Below are positions 27,774-38,550 of a DNA stretch of 47,880 bases, piece by piece (within the stretch, counting starts at the first letter, position 1; each line of letters begins with the position of its first letter). The notes beneath the pieces are model-generated. The model saw nothing but the letters and a program-made list of their open reading frames with translations. It was not told the DNA's origin and ran no database searches. Position numbers and translations under genes: made by a program. Location: the NCBI GenBank assembly GCA_964007735.1, contig CAXGAI010000035.1, forward strand, positions 1 to 47,880. The letters are read 5' to 3'. This DNA comes from an uncultured Rhodopirellula sp. GTDB taxonomy: Bacteria > Planctomycetota > Planctomycetia > Pirellulales > Pirellulaceae.

Positions 27774-30700
27774 TTAACCCTTGGTTACGGTTTCACTGAG
27801 ATTGAATACCAGATGGACAATCATCGTCCAGGCACCCAATTCGGTACTATTGAGTTCTTCATTGCGGCCTGATTCACCCAGTGACAATAACTGCTTGGCG
27901 GCCTCCGGATCTGTCTGAAACTCTTCGAAATGTTCATTGAACAAACCGGATACAATTTCCAGTTCCTTCTGAGTTGGCTGGCGAGCCAATACAGAACGAT
28001 AGACATAGTTGACACGTGATTCAACAGAATCACCACCATCAGCAATGACCTTTTCGGCAAATCGGCGAGCCGCTTCAATAAATTGAACATCGTTTAATAA
28101 AACCAAAGCCTGGAGAGGTGTATTGGTTCGAGTTCGACGGACCTGACAGGTCTCACGATCAGGAGCATCAAAGATCGCCATACTCGGTGGAGGACTGGTG
28201 CGTTTCCAGAATGTATACATACTGCGACGGAAAAGAGCATCGCCCGAATCCTGTCGGAAAATAGCCGTATTACTACCTCCAAAGCCAACTGGCTTCCACA
28301 ACCCCTCCGGCTGATACGGCTTCACACTCTTACCACCAATTTTGCCAATCAACAAACCGCTAACCGACAACACCTGGTCACGAATCACCTCGGCATCTAA
28401 TCGAAATCGAGGGCCACGTGCTAACAAACGATTCTGAGAATCTATAGCCAACTTATCCGGGTCCACTCGGGAACTCTGCTTATAAGTCGCAGACATAACA
28501 ATTAACTTTTGAAATCCTTTGATATCCCATCCGGATTCAATGAAATTCAGTGCCAGCCAATCGAGCAGTTGCGGATGAGATGGCTGTTCACCCTGAACAC
28601 CAAAATCTTCAGAGGTTTTGACAATTCCAGTTCCAAAGAAATGCTGCCAATAACGATTAACCGTCACGCGAGAAGTTAACGGATGAGTGGGGTTTACCAA
28701 CCACTGAGCCAACCCCAAACGGTTTTTAGGGGAATCTTCCGGCGACGAACCCAGCCAGACTGGCACTGCAGATTCGACGGGCTCTCCCTTCTTATCGTAT
28801 TCACCTCGCTCGAGAATATGCGCAATTCGCATTTCCTTACGGTCTTCCATTACCAGTGTAGCTGGAATGGCTTTCTCCAAATCCTCAAGGTTTTTCTTAA
28901 GATCTGCAGCTTTCTTACGAGGTTCCGCCAACTTAGAAGCGATCTCAGGATTAATATTTTCGATGTAGTACTTTTTCAGTTCGGCAAGCTGAGCCTCGGT
29001 ACGCTCTTCGGCTTTGACTTCGAAAATTTTATCAATATTGTCGGGAGCGGTATTATTAACTGTCTTTTGATAATGTTCCCAAATTGCCAGGGAACCTTTC
29101 TGTTCTTCAGAAAGTTGCGGAGCACCAACCGTACCAGCTTGATCCCAATTCACCGTCCCGCCGAACTGAGTAAAAGCCCAGCCATTCAGTTTCGCGCCTG
29201 GCTTCAAGCCCACTTCAGCAGCAGTCACTTCCAGACGCACCCATTTACCTGACTCTGGCAAAGGACCTTTTTGACGATTACCTTCGAAGTCACGACCCGC
29301 CAGAAAGCATTTGTCAGCTCCCCAGGTTGCCCGATGCTCCCAGGAACCATCATTAAATTGTAACTGAATCGATTCCGGCGGATTGTCTGTATCCAAATAG
29401 ACATAAGTAAACAGAATATCGCCTTCCGCAATCGTCGGCCCGTCTTTTGCACCGGTGAAAAAGTGCTGGGTAATCCCATCCTCGGGCTTCCCTGTTCGGG
29501 TCGTTGAATTCTTTCCGCTGAAAACCGGATGGTCTGGAGCTTCTACAAATTCCCATGGAGTATTCCCCTGCGGCTGAGCTCCTTCCGGCAACACATCATC
29601 AAACCAAACTTTGTCGAGTTTCTGATACTCCGGAAAATCCGTGCCGGTAAAAGGATCCGTATATTCCGCATTCAACAGTAGGTTCATGACTTCCTGATCA
29701 GCCGCCATCGACTCACTGTTAAGCCGAGCCTTTTCAGCAATCTGAACTTCACTTGGCACTTTAACTGAAGGAGGGGGGAGTAAAGCATTACCATCCATAG
29801 CTCGTTCGGTCAGACTGAAGAAATAGGAGAACAGCTGATAGAATTCTTTCTGACTAAGGGGGTCAAATTTGTGATCGTGGCAGGCAGCACAACCTGCTGT
29901 CAGCCCCATCCAAACCGTGGCTGTTGTTTCCACTCGGTCAACTGCGTAACGGACATAATATTCTTCGTCGATCGAACCCCCTTCACTGGTCGTTACATTG
30001 CAACGATTGAACCCGGTTGCGACGCGCTGGTTTAATGAAGGTTCTGGGAGCAGGTCTCCGGCTAACTGTTCGACTGTAAACTGATCAAATGGCATATTCT
30101 CATTGAACGCATTGATCACCCAGTCTCGATATGGCCAAATCGATCGTTCATTATCAAGATGCAGGCCATGTGTATCAGCAAAGCGTGCTGCATCTAACCA
30201 ACTGCGGGCCATATGCTCTCCAAAACGCTCTGACTGCAACAACCGGTCGACCAATCTTTCATAAGCCAATTCCGAATTATCGGCCAGGAACGCATCGACT
30301 TCTGCAACGGTCGGGGGTAAACCAGTCAGGTCGAGCGTTAACCGACGAATCAATGTTTCCTTATCTGCTTCCTCTTCAGGACTTATCCCTGTGGACTGAA
30401 GTCGAGCCTGAATAAAGAGGTCGATCGCATTATTCTGTTTCCAGCCTTTAACAGGAGTTGGCAATGTTGGTAACTGAGGCGGAACATAGGCCCAGTGTTC
30501 ATTCCAATTTGCACCTTCCGCAATCCACTGACGAAGTAATGTAATATCTTTCTCCGTCAGAGACTTTCCGGAATCGCCCGGTGGCATTTTTAGGTCTTCG
30601 TCTTCGGAGGTAATGCGATGGATTAGCGCACTATGTTCAGGCTTACCCTTTACAACTGCAAATTCACCTGATGGCAATTCCGTAAAAGCGCCGTCTTCCT

Positions 30701-30872
30701 GATCCAATCGCAAATCGGCTGTGCGTTGAGCCGAATCGGGACCATGACATTGAAAACAGTTGTTGGAAAGAATTGGCAGAATATCTCTACTAAAGTCTAC
30801 TTCCGCTTGGGCTGTAAAAGGAGACAGCAGCAGGACTGTAATAAGAGCTGTATATAGAATTAAATTCTTCAT
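27774..30872 (-). CDS. Planctomycete cytochrome c + DUF1549 + beta-rich insert + DUF1553 protein
   Basis: Start ATG 30872 ([10 protein letters not shown] signal peptide). [65 protein letters not shown]. Confidence 0.93.
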   Translation of the reverse strand: MKNLILYTALITVLLLSPFTAQAEVDFSRDILPILSNNCFQCHGPDSAQRTADLRLDQEDGAFTELPSGEFAVVKGKPEHSALIHRITSEDEDLKMPPGDSGKSLTEKDITLLRQWIAEGANWNEHWAYVPPQLPTLPTPVKGWKQNNAIDLFIQARLQSTGISPEEEADKETLIRRLTLDLTGLPPTVAEVDAFLADNSELAYERLVDRLLQSERFGEHMARSWLDAARFADTHGLHLDNERSIWPYRDWVINAFNENMPFDQFTVEQLAGDLLPEPSLNQRVATGFNRCNVTTSEGGSIDEEYYVRYAVDRVETTATVWMGLTAGCAACHDHKFDPLSQKEFYQLFSYFFSLTERAMDGNALLPPPSVKVPSEVQIAEKARLNSESMAADQEVMNLLLNAEYTDPFTGTDFPEYQKLDKVWFDDVLPEGAQPQGNTPWEFVEAPDHPVFSGKNSTTRTGKPEDGITQHFFTGAKDGPTIAEGDILFTYVYLDTDNPPESIQLQFNDGSWEHRATWGADKCFLAGRDFEGNRQKGPLPESGKWVRLEVTAAEVGLKPGAKLNGWAFTQFGGTVNWDQAGTVGAPQLSEEQKGSLAIWEHYQKTVNNTAPDNIDKIFEVKAEERTEAQLAELKKYYIENINPEIASKLAEPRKKAADLKKNLEDLEKAIPATLVMEDRKEMRIAHILERGEYDKKGEPVESAVPVWLGSSPEDSPKNRLGLAQWLVNPTHPLTSRVTVNRYWQHFFGTGIVKTSEDFGVQGEQPSHPQLLDWLALNFIESGWDIKGFQKLIVMSATYKQSSRVDPDKLAIDSQNRLLARGPRFRLDAEVIRDQVLSVSGLLIGKIGGKSVKPYQPEGLWKPVGFGGSNTAIFRQDSGDALFRRSMYTFWKRTSPPPSMAIFDAPDRETCQVRRTRTNTPLQALVLLNDVQFIEAARRFAEKVIADGGDSVESRVNYVYRSVLARQPTQKELEIVSGLFNEHFEEFQTDPEAAKQLLSLGESGRNEELNSTELGAWTMIVHLVFNLSETVTKG

Positions 30873-31013
30873 CGTGGCGGGATACTTTAAAAAGTACGTT
30901 TGCGAAGTAGACTCTTCCGCAATCAAACAGTGGGAAGAGACCTTTATTTCGGGAGAATCGGCTATTAATCGATCATTCACATTATAGTTATTTTCTTTTG
31001 TCTCTGCACCCGA

Positions 31014-31700
31014 TTAAACACGCGTTTCCGAGTGTGAAGCGGGTGTTATGATTTCGGCGGGCATATGCTGAATACAATTAAAGTTCTCCAAGATCGCGTT
31101 ACCATTTGTTATCTTCAGTGTCGAAATGCCGGCATTGCGTAATGCCCCGAAATGTGCGGCGTCCATTGGTAAATCCGGCAAAAAACGCTGTAAAAGAAGG
31201 TGTTTAAAATCGGCATGCATGACCAAAGCCACATGCAAATCCGTCTCGCCATACTCTTCGACAACCTGCCCAATCACTTCTTCTACCCGCGAACTCCGGG
31301 CCTCCATCGATTCATAGGGTTTTGACTTCCACCATCCCCGCTCATCAATATCCGGCTCCGGTTCAAATCCTGGAAATGCTGCGAGGATCTCCACCCTATT
31401 CATCCCTGGTTCCCCTTGATAGCCAATCGCCGGATAGCCGGAAACACATCCTCCCACTTCATGGAGTGCCGTGCGAACGATCGGTGTCAGACCAGTTGTT
31501 TTGGCAATGGGGACTGTTGTTAAAAGCGCACGACGAAACGGACTGGTGATCAACACGTCAAGCGGACGAACAGAAAACCACGTCCCCAGATACTCAACCT
31601 GCTTTAGACCGGCTTCCGTTAACCCCGGATCCTTCACACGTAATGACTCATCCAGTGCATTATTTTCCGATTGACCGTGGCGAATTAAATATAGGTACAT
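31014..31700 (-). CDS. Histidine phosphatase (phosphoglycerate mutase-like) family protein
   Basis: LYLIRHGQS, SPFRRALLT, LHE, VMHADF, NAGIS. Confidence 0.92.
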   Translation of the reverse strand: MYLYLIRHGQSENNALDESLRVKDPGLTEAGLKQVEYLGTWFSVRPLDVLITSPFRRALLTTVPIAKTTGLTPIVRTALHEVGGCVSGYPAIGYQGEPGMNRVEILAAFPGFEPEPDIDERGWWKSKPYESMEARSSRVEEVIGQVVEEYGETDLHVALVMHADFKHLLLQRFLPDLPMDAAHFGALRNAGISTLKITNGNAILENFNCIQHMPAEIITPASHSETRV

Positions 31701-31837
31701 GCTGACTCGTTTCTCAGGTAGTGATGAACTGCGGCGACCGTCGCAACAGAATCTAGCTAAAGTCTACACTGTTCGACGTAAACGATGGTTATACTAACCC
31801 TTCCATTTGAGTTTATGTTTTCATCGGACTTTCCTTC

Positions 31838-32848
31838 ATGCCTCGACTTGTCCTTAGCGAGATATCCAAACGATATGACGATGTCGTCGCATTAGATAAT
31901 GTGAGCTTTGAAGTGCAGGACGGGGAGCTATTAGTCCTTGTTGGGCCGTCTGGCTGTGGAAAGTCAACAACCTTAAGACTCATCGCCGGCCTCGAATCTC
32001 TTCAGGCCGGTACGATTGCCATCGATGGTACCGATATAACCGCCACGGCTCCAAAGCATCGTGATATCGCAATGGTTTTCCAAAACTACGCGTTGTACCC
32101 TCATATGACCGTACGTCAAAATCTTGGATTCGGCCTGAAGATGAAGAAAATGTCTTCCGACGAGATCGAATTAAGAGTCAAGGAGACGGCCGAAGCATTG
32201 GATATTGAATCTTTGCTAGACCGAAAGCCCGGGCAACTTTCCGGTGGACAGAAGCAACGCGTGGCCGTGGGACGCGCTATGATCCGTAAGCCAGCTGTCT
32301 TCTTGTTTGATGAGCCTCTGTCCAATCTCGACGCCAAACTTCGCGTTACGTTACGTAACGAGTTGACCAGACTACACCATCGTCTTGCAGCCACAATCCT
32401 CTATGTCACCCATGATCAGATCGAAGCCCTCACTCTAGGAGATCGTATTGCTGTCATGAAAGACGGGCAGATTCAACAGTTAGGCACGCCGCAGCAAGTT
32501 TATAACGAGCCGGCGAATACTTTCGTTGCCTCGTTTATTGGCAACCCGCCAATGAACCTCGTACCACCTTCCATTTTCCAACTTGAAACCGATGCCTCAC
32601 TCGTTGGCATCCGCCCGGAACACTTAATCATCAGTGACCAAAAGCCGGGCAGCATTACAGGAACGATCTCAGCTCGACAAAATACCGGGGCGGATTCATT
32701 CCTGACCGGGGAATTTAAAGAGTGTGAAATAACCGTCCGTGCGTCTGCGGACTCCGTCCTGAATGTAGGTGACACCATCGAGCTAATTCCGAATCCTGAA
32801 AACCTTCATTTTTTCAACCAAACCGGCGTACGAATTAGTAACGTGTAA
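31838..32848 (+). CDS. MalK/UgpC-type carbohydrate ABC transporter ATP-binding protein
   Basis: [59 protein letters not shown]. Confidence 0.95.
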   Translation: MPRLVLSEISKRYDDVVALDNVSFEVQDGELLVLVGPSGCGKSTTLRLIAGLESLQAGTIAIDGTDITATAPKHRDIAMVFQNYALYPHMTVRQNLGFGLKMKKMSSDEIELRVKETAEALDIESLLDRKPGQLSGGQKQRVAVGRAMIRKPAVFLFDEPLSNLDAKLRVTLRNELTRLHHRLAATILYVTHDQIEALTLGDRIAVMKDGQIQQLGTPQQVYNEPANTFVASFIGNPPMNLVPPSIFQLETDASLVGIRPEHLIISDQKPGSITGTISARQNTGADSFLTGEFKECEITVRASADSVLNVGDTIELIPNPENLHFFNQTGVRISNV

Positions 32849-32883
32849 TTCAGGCAATACGCCCCAAACGGGCTTCTCGGATT

Positions 32884-32892
32884 TGCTATAAT
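32884..32892 (+). promoter_or_regulatory. Extended -10 sigma70 promoter element for the Mo-hydroxylase operon
   Basis: TGCTATAAT (TGn-TATAAT), 63 nt upstream of TTG 32956. Confidence 0.6.
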
Positions 32893-32955
32893 CTAAGCTC
32901 TGAGCCTCGCTGGTCTCAGCCGTCGTATAACACTATTCCATGAAAGTAGACTGCG

Positions 32956-33825
32956 TTGAAAGAATTCGATTATTTGGCACCGGAATCGGTGTCAGAAGTA
33001 GTTTCCGTAATTAGCGAACACGGTGACCGTGCGAAACTGCTTGCCGGTGGAACGGACATCATTGTGCAACTGCGTGAAGGTTTGCGCGAAGCGGACGTCG
33101 TCGTGGACATTAAGAAAATCGATGAAGTTACGTCCTTCAAATATTCTGAAGAACACGGGCTTTCGCTAGGGGCCGCCGTGGCTTGCTACCATCTATATGA
33201 ACATCCGAAATTGTCTCAACTCTATGGAGCGTTAGCAGACTCCACACACATCATCGGCGGTTGGCAAATCCAAAGTCGTGCGAGTGTGGGTGGCAATTTA
33301 TGTAATGCTTCACCTGCAGCTGACTCTATCCCATCACTGATTGCGTTGAATGCAACAGCCGTCATCGCCGGACCAAATGGTGGACGTACTGTAGCTGTCC
33401 AGGACTTCTGCACCGGCCCCGGTCGCAATGTACTGGAAAATGGTGAACTGCTTGTCTCCATTCAGGTGCCGGCTCAATGCAACAATAGTGGCTCAGCGTA
33501 TGAGCGTTTTATTCCACGAAACGAAATGGATATCGCCGTTGTAGGCGTTGGATCGTGGGTCCGTCTGTCTGAAGACGGAACCATTGCTGAAGCACGGATC
33601 TCATTAGGAGCTGTAGCGGCAACTCCCCTGTTTGCTGAAGAGGCATCTGCAAGTCTGGCTGGCAAACATCCTACGGAAGAAAACTTTGCTGCTGCCGGAG
33701 AACTAGCCAAGCAGATTGCGACACCGATTAGCGATATGCGTGGGACCGATGAATATCGTGCTCATCTTGTCGGAGTACTCGTCAAACGAACTTTGACAAC
33801 GGCTGCTGAGCGAGCTCAGAACTAA
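32956..33825 (+). CDS. Xanthine dehydrogenase family FAD-binding subunit (CoxM/XdhB-like)
   Basis: FDYLAP, LAGGTD, ASVGGNLCNASPAAD, PISDMRGTDEYR. TTG start. Confidence 0.93.
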   Translation: MKEFDYLAPESVSEVVSVISEHGDRAKLLAGGTDIIVQLREGLREADVVVDIKKIDEVTSFKYSEEHGLSLGAAVACYHLYEHPKLSQLYGALADSTHIIGGWQIQSRASVGGNLCNASPAADSIPSLIALNATAVIAGPNGGRTVAVQDFCTGPGRNVLENGELLVSIQVPAQCNNSGSAYERFIPRNEMDIAVVGVGSWVRLSEDGTIAEARISLGAVAATPLFAEEASASLAGKHPTEENFAAAGELAKQIATPISDMRGTDEYRAHLVGVLVKRTLTTAAERAQN

Positions 33826-33884
33826 CACCGAACAAACAATACTGTACACCTTTTGTACATTCGTAATAGATAAAGGAAACAATC

Positions 33885-34373
33885 GTGCCAGCGTCTAAAA
33901 AAGTACATGTGACAACCACGATTAATGGGGAGGATACCGATTTCCTCTGCGAGCCTCGCCATAGCTTACTGGAAGTCCTTCGGGATAATCTCGGACTGAC
34001 TGGTTCCAAGGAAGGCTGTAACAATGGGAACTGTGGAGCCTGTACCGTCATGCTCAACGGTCGACCAGTTGACAGTTGCCTCGTACTGGGTGCCGAAGTG
34101 GAAGGAGCTGAAATCGAAACGGTGGAAGGAATTGCCTGTAGTTCTAATCTCCATCCCGTACAAGAATGCTTCCTGGAAGGGGCAGCCCTGCAGTGTGGAA
34201 TCTGTACTCCCGGCTTCCTGGTCGCATCTAAAGCATTGCTCGACAAAGACCCCCATGCTTCAGAGGAGACGATTCGGTTCGATCTGTCGGGAAACCTATG
34301 TCGCTGTACCGGTTACGACAAAATCGTACGCGCTGTACAGGCAGCTGGGCAGAAGATGGCAACCAAAGTCTAA
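33885..34373 (+). CDS. Xanthine dehydrogenase family [2Fe-2S] subunit (CoxS/XdhC-like)
   Basis: GCNNGNCGAC..DSC, QCGICTPG, NLCRCTGY. GTG start with SD AAGGA. Confidence 0.95.
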   Translation: MPASKKVHVTTTINGEDTDFLCEPRHSLLEVLRDNLGLTGSKEGCNNGNCGACTVMLNGRPVDSCLVLGAEVEGAEIETVEGIACSSNLHPVQECFLEGAALQCGICTPGFLVASKALLDKDPHASEETIRFDLSGNLCRCTGYDKIVRAVQAAGQKMATKV

Positions 34374-34447
34374 GCGTTTGAAACCCATCCCTTTTTGAAT
34401 GTAAACCTGTAGCTACAGAGTTAATAAACTTATCAGGAGTATTACCC

Positions 34448-36706
34448 GTGACCACGACTCAGTATCGCGTCATTGGAAGCCGTCCCGTTCGACATGACGG
34501 AGCAGATAAAGTAACCGGAAAAGCCATCTACACGGCCGATACCAAACTACCCGGCATGTTGGCTGGTTTTGTACTGCGTAGCCCCCATGCTCACGCTAAA
34601 ATCATTTCCATCGACACCAGTGAAGCCGAAGCAACACCAGGTGTTCATGCCATTTTAACCAATGCCGACTTCCCCAATGTAGAAAACAAAATCGCCGATC
34701 TGGGTGAGGGCAGCGTCAACCTATCATATCTCAGCGCCAATTGCATGGCACAGCAAAAGGTGCTTTATCGTGGCCATGCGGTCGCAGCGGTTGCAGCTAC
34801 CGATGTCCATATCGCAGAAGAAGCAGCCCGGAAAATCAAAGTCGAATATGAAGTACTGGATTCCGTCACCTGGGTACTCGACGCCATGGAAGAAAACGCT
34901 CCTCTTTTGCATGAAGACATTGTGACGGACAGTATGGGCGAAAAAGCAGATAAGCCAAGCAACATCCCTGTTCATCTGCATTTTGAAAAGGGAGATGCGG
35001 CAGCAGCCTTCGAAGAAGCCGATGTCATTGTCGAACGGGAGTTTAAGACCGCCACTGTGCATCAAGGATATATCGAACCACATGCGGTTGTCGCTGATTA
35101 CAACGAAGACGGCCGACTGCGAATCTGGACTGCCACCCAAGGATCGTTTACTTGTCGCCAGCAGACTGCGGAAATCCTGCAGATCCCACTTGGTAACGTG
35201 TTGGTAACACCGTGTGAAATTGGTGGAGGATTTGGTGGGAAGATCACCGTATATCTGGAACCAACGGCAGCTCTCCTGAGTAAGAAAGCAGGTCGGCCGG
35301 TACGTATTGCGATGACTCGTGCTGATGTTTTTGAAGCCTCTGGACCTACACCGGGTTCGTTCATGCGAGTAAAAATCGGGGCGAAGAACGATGGCACCCT
35401 CATTGCTGGTGAAGCATGGCTGGCCTACGATGCCGGTGCTTACCCCGGCGGAATGATTGGCCCGGGCTGTATGTGCGTCTTTAGTTGCTATGACATTGAT
35501 CACGCGATTGTAGACGGCTATGACGTCTTGCTTAACAAACCAAAAACCTCAGCTTACCGAGCCCCTGGTGCAACTCAAGTTGCTTTTGCCACCGAACAAC
35601 TCGTGGATGAAATCGCCGAAAAGCTCGGAATGTGTGCACTTGAAATTCGCGAAAAAAATGCTGTGAAAGAAGGTTCGCGTCGAGTGGATGGACCAGTTTA
35701 TCCACCCATCGGTCTGGTGGAATGCCTTGACGCTCTGAAGCAAAGTGAACACTGGAATACTCCTTTGGACGGCCCTCATCAGGGCCGGGGAATCGCTGCG
35801 GGATTCTGGTTTGGCTGTGGCTTAAAATCGAGTGCCGCTTGTACTGTCAATTCGGATGGAACGATTAACCTGATGGAAGGCTCGACAGATATTGGTGGCT
35901 CAAGAACATCCATCGCCATGCAACTTGCGGAAGTATTAGGTCTTGAAGCCGAGGATATCAACCCGCAGGTGGGTGACACCGATACGGCGGGGTATACGGA
36001 CGTCACTGGCGGAAGTCGTGTGACCTTTGCTACAGGCATGGCTGCTTATGAAGCAGGTCGCGATCTACAGCAACAAATGAGAACACTGGCTGCTGATCTC
36101 TGGGACTGCTCTGCCGATGACATCACCATCGGTGAGGACGGAGTATTTTCCGGGAATGGTAAAGCCGTCGGATTCAAAGCACTGGCGGTGGAACTATTCG
36201 CTGCAGGGGAACATCTGGTTGGCCGCGCGACGGTGGCTCCTGAATGTCCTACAAACGGCTTTGGAGCGCAGATTGCAGATGTCGAAGTTGATCCTGAAAC
36301 CGGGAAGGTGACCGTCCTGCGTTACACAACAATCCAGGATGCCGGAAAGGCTATCCACCCAAGCTATGTCGAAGGACAACTGCAGGGTGGCACCGTTCAA
36401 GGTATCGGTTGGGCTCTTAATGAAGAATATTTCTATCGAGACGACAACACAATGGCCAACGCCAGTTTCCTGGACTATCGCATGCCTACAATGCTTGACG
36501 TCCCAATGATCGATACGATCATTGTCGAAACAGGTAACCCGGAACATCCTTATGGTGTTCGTGGTGTCGGTGAAACGCCAATTGTTCCTCCCCCCGCCGC
36601 ACTGGCCAACGCCATTTACAATGCAACAGATACCCGGATGACCGAATTGCCAATGTCACCTCCCAAGCTATGGAAAGCCATGCAATCGGAACAGGCATCT
36701 GAGTAG
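34448..36706 (+). CDS. Xanthine dehydrogenase family molybdopterin-binding subunit (not a CO dehydrogenase)
   Basis: RHDGADKVTG, RSPHAHA, HQGYIEP, GGGFGGK, AYRAPG, TGGSR, GQLQGG, RGVGE. GTG start with SD AGGAG. Confidence 0.95.
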   Translation: MTTTQYRVIGSRPVRHDGADKVTGKAIYTADTKLPGMLAGFVLRSPHAHAKIISIDTSEAEATPGVHAILTNADFPNVENKIADLGEGSVNLSYLSANCMAQQKVLYRGHAVAAVAATDVHIAEEAARKIKVEYEVLDSVTWVLDAMEENAPLLHEDIVTDSMGEKADKPSNIPVHLHFEKGDAAAAFEEADVIVEREFKTATVHQGYIEPHAVVADYNEDGRLRIWTATQGSFTCRQQTAEILQIPLGNVLVTPCEIGGGFGGKITVYLEPTAALLSKKAGRPVRIAMTRADVFEASGPTPGSFMRVKIGAKNDGTLIAGEAWLAYDAGAYPGGMIGPGCMCVFSCYDIDHAIVDGYDVLLNKPKTSAYRAPGATQVAFATEQLVDEIAEKLGMCALEIREKNAVKEGSRRVDGPVYPPIGLVECLDALKQSEHWNTPLDGPHQGRGIAAGFWFGCGLKSSAACTVNSDGTINLMEGSTDIGGSRTSIAMQLAEVLGLEAEDINPQVGDTDTAGYTDVTGGSRVTFATGMAAYEAGRDLQQQMRTLAADLWDCSADDITIGEDGVFSGNGKAVGFKALAVELFAAGEHLVGRATVAPECPTNGFGAQIADVEVDPETGKVTVLRYTTIQDAGKAIHPSYVEGQLQGGTVQGIGWALNEEYFYRDDNTMANASFLDYRMPTMLDVPMIDTIIVETGNPEHPYGVRGVGETPIVPPPAALANAIYNATDTRMTELPMSPPKLWKAMQSEQASE

Positions 36707-36729
36707 TCTTACGCGAAAGCGAACAAATC

Positions 36730-36993
36730 ATGCCCACCGTCTTTATTCCGGCTCAACTCCGTGAACTATCCGGCGGAACTCAATCCGTTGAACTGGAAGC
36801 AAAGAACGTACGGGAAATCGTTTACCAGCTTGATGTCATGTTTCCGGGTTTCAAAGATCGAATCTGTATCGATGGCAACATTTCGCCGTCACTTCAAGTG
36901 TCGATCGACAGCGTCATGACATCTCGGGGGATGATCGCCAAAGTCCAACCTCATAGTGAAGTTCATTTCATACCTGCCATCGGAGGTGGCTAA
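36730..36993 (+). CDS. MoaD/ThiS-family ubiquitin-like sulfur carrier
   Basis: 87 aa, VFIPAQLRELSGG, ending PAIGGG. Confidence 0.9.
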   Translation: MPTVFIPAQLRELSGGTQSVELEAKNVREIVYQLDVMFPGFKDRICIDGNISPSLQVSIDSVMTSRGMIAKVQPHSEVHFIPAIGGG

Positions 36994-38117
36994 TGCCCAA
37001 GCAGTTTATCAATCCAACAAAAATCACATCCGATCGCACACTCACGAAAGCCGATCTCGATACTCCCTTTCTTGCCGTAGATCTGGACAAATTTGATTCC
37101 AACATTGCCAGACTGAGCCAGAGCACGAAAGATTTTGACGTCCATTGGCGCCCACACTGTAAAGGGCACAAATCCTCGATCATCGCTTCACGACTTGTCG
37201 CAGCCGGAGCGATTGGCGCCACGTGCGCTAAACTAGCCGAAGCAGAAATTATGGTTCGTGGGGGAGTTCCAGACGTTCTCATTGCAAACCTTATTGTTGG
37301 TGAAACTAAATTAAGTCGGCTGGCAAACCTATGCAAAGAAGGGAGCCCCATCGTCTGCATTGACCATATGGATCAAGCCGTTCCCATGAATGAAGTGATG
37401 ATTCGGGAAGGTGTAAAATGCCGAGTCATCATCGAAGTGAATATTGGTCTCGATAGAGTCGGCTGCCGTCCGGATAAAACGCTCGAATTAGCTCGGCAGT
37501 TGCATGCTATGCCTGGCCTGAAATTTGCCGGAATTATGGGCTACGAGGGACATTTGCTGACGATTGAAGATCAGGATGAAAAACGCTCGGAAATCGCAAA
37601 AGCCCTCAAGCTCCTAGCCGAGAATGCAAAGCAGCTCAAAGAGGCGGGCATTCCCTGTGAAATCGTTTCTTGTGGTGGCACAGGTTCCTATCTGTTAAGC
37701 CGTATGCAGGAAGGGATCACGGAATTACAGGCGGGTGGGGGAATGTTCATGGACCAATTCTATGAACAGCAATGCCAGGTTACCGGCCTAAAAAAGGCGC
37801 TGACAATTATTGCTACCGTCGTAGGCCGCCCAACGGCAGACCGGGCTATCATTGACTCCGGGAAAAAAACACTGCATGTCGAATATGAACCGGCAATCGT
37901 GGTTGGCCGAGACGACATCAAAGTGGCTCGACTATCGGCAGAACACGGCGAGCTCGAATTGACCGGCGACGCTCAGAGTTTAAAAATAGGTGAGCGTGTG
38001 GAGTTAGTCCCTGGTTATGCGGACATGACTTGCGTACTTCACGATTTCTTTTATGTCTTCCGGAATGATACACTCGTTGATATCTGGCCATTAGAGGCTC
38101 GAGGTTTACTTCAGTAG
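36993..38117 (+). CDS. Fold-type III PLP enzyme, DSD1/D-threonine aldolase-like family
   Basis: LDTPFLAVD, WRPHCKGHKS, CAKLAEAE, GIMGYEGH, GGTGS, IIDSGKK, SAEHG. TAATG stop/start overlap with the moaD-like gene. Confidence 0.9.
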   Translation: MPKQFINPTKITSDRTLTKADLDTPFLAVDLDKFDSNIARLSQSTKDFDVHWRPHCKGHKSSIIASRLVAAGAIGATCAKLAEAEIMVRGGVPDVLIANLIVGETKLSRLANLCKEGSPIVCIDHMDQAVPMNEVMIREGVKCRVIIEVNIGLDRVGCRPDKTLELARQLHAMPGLKFAGIMGYEGHLLTIEDQDEKRSEIAKALKLLAENAKQLKEAGIPCEIVSCGGTGSYLLSRMQEGITELQAGGGMFMDQFYEQQCQVTGLKKALTIIATVVGRPTADRAIIDSGKKTLHVEYEPAIVVGRDDIKVARLSAEHGELELTGDAQSLKIGERVELVPGYADMTCVLHDFFYVFRNDTLVDIWPLEARGLLQ

Positions 38118-38154
38118 CCAAAATTTAAAAACTGCACCCAAAAAGGAATAACGC

Positions 38155-38544
38155 ATGCGCAGCTTGAACTATATTTGTTTGCTTCTCCTAACCGGAACAC
38201 TACTTACTCCTATCGCCACGGCACAGGCAAAGGCAAAGAAAGGAGTTTATCGACACGTTGTCCTCTTTGGATTCAATGAAGATATTTCCGACGAACAAAT
38301 CAAAGAAGTCGAAGATGCTTTTGGTAAACTCCCGAGCCAAATCGATACCATTATCGATTTTGAATTTGGCACCAATGTTAGTCCTGAGAACATTAATGAT
38401 GGACTTACACACTGCTTCTTTGTTACTTTTAAGAACAAAGCCGGGCTTGAAGTGTACCTACCACATCCTGCACACAAAAAGTTCGTTGAATTAGTCAAAG
38501 GTAAACTGGCGAAAGTCGTGGTCGTAGACTATATCTCAAAGTAA
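38155..38544 (+). CDS. Dabb-family (stress-responsive A/B barrel) protein with signal peptide
   Basis: YRHVVLFGF, FGTNVSPE, GLTHCFFVTF, YLPHPAH, VVVDY. Confidence 0.9.
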   Translation: MRSLNYICLLLLTGTLLTPIATAQAKAKKGVYRHVVLFGFNEDISDEQIKEVEDAFGKLPSQIDTIIDFEFGTNVSPENINDGLTHCFFVTFKNKAGLEVYLPHPAHKKFVELVKGKLAKVVVVDYISK

Positions 38545-38550
38545 ACATTC

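Noticed and set aside
32956..36706. Aerobic CO dehydrogenase coxMSL
   Set aside because: The gene order fits, but the large subunit lacks AYxCSFR and AYRGAGR, and no coxDEFG accessory genes are present.
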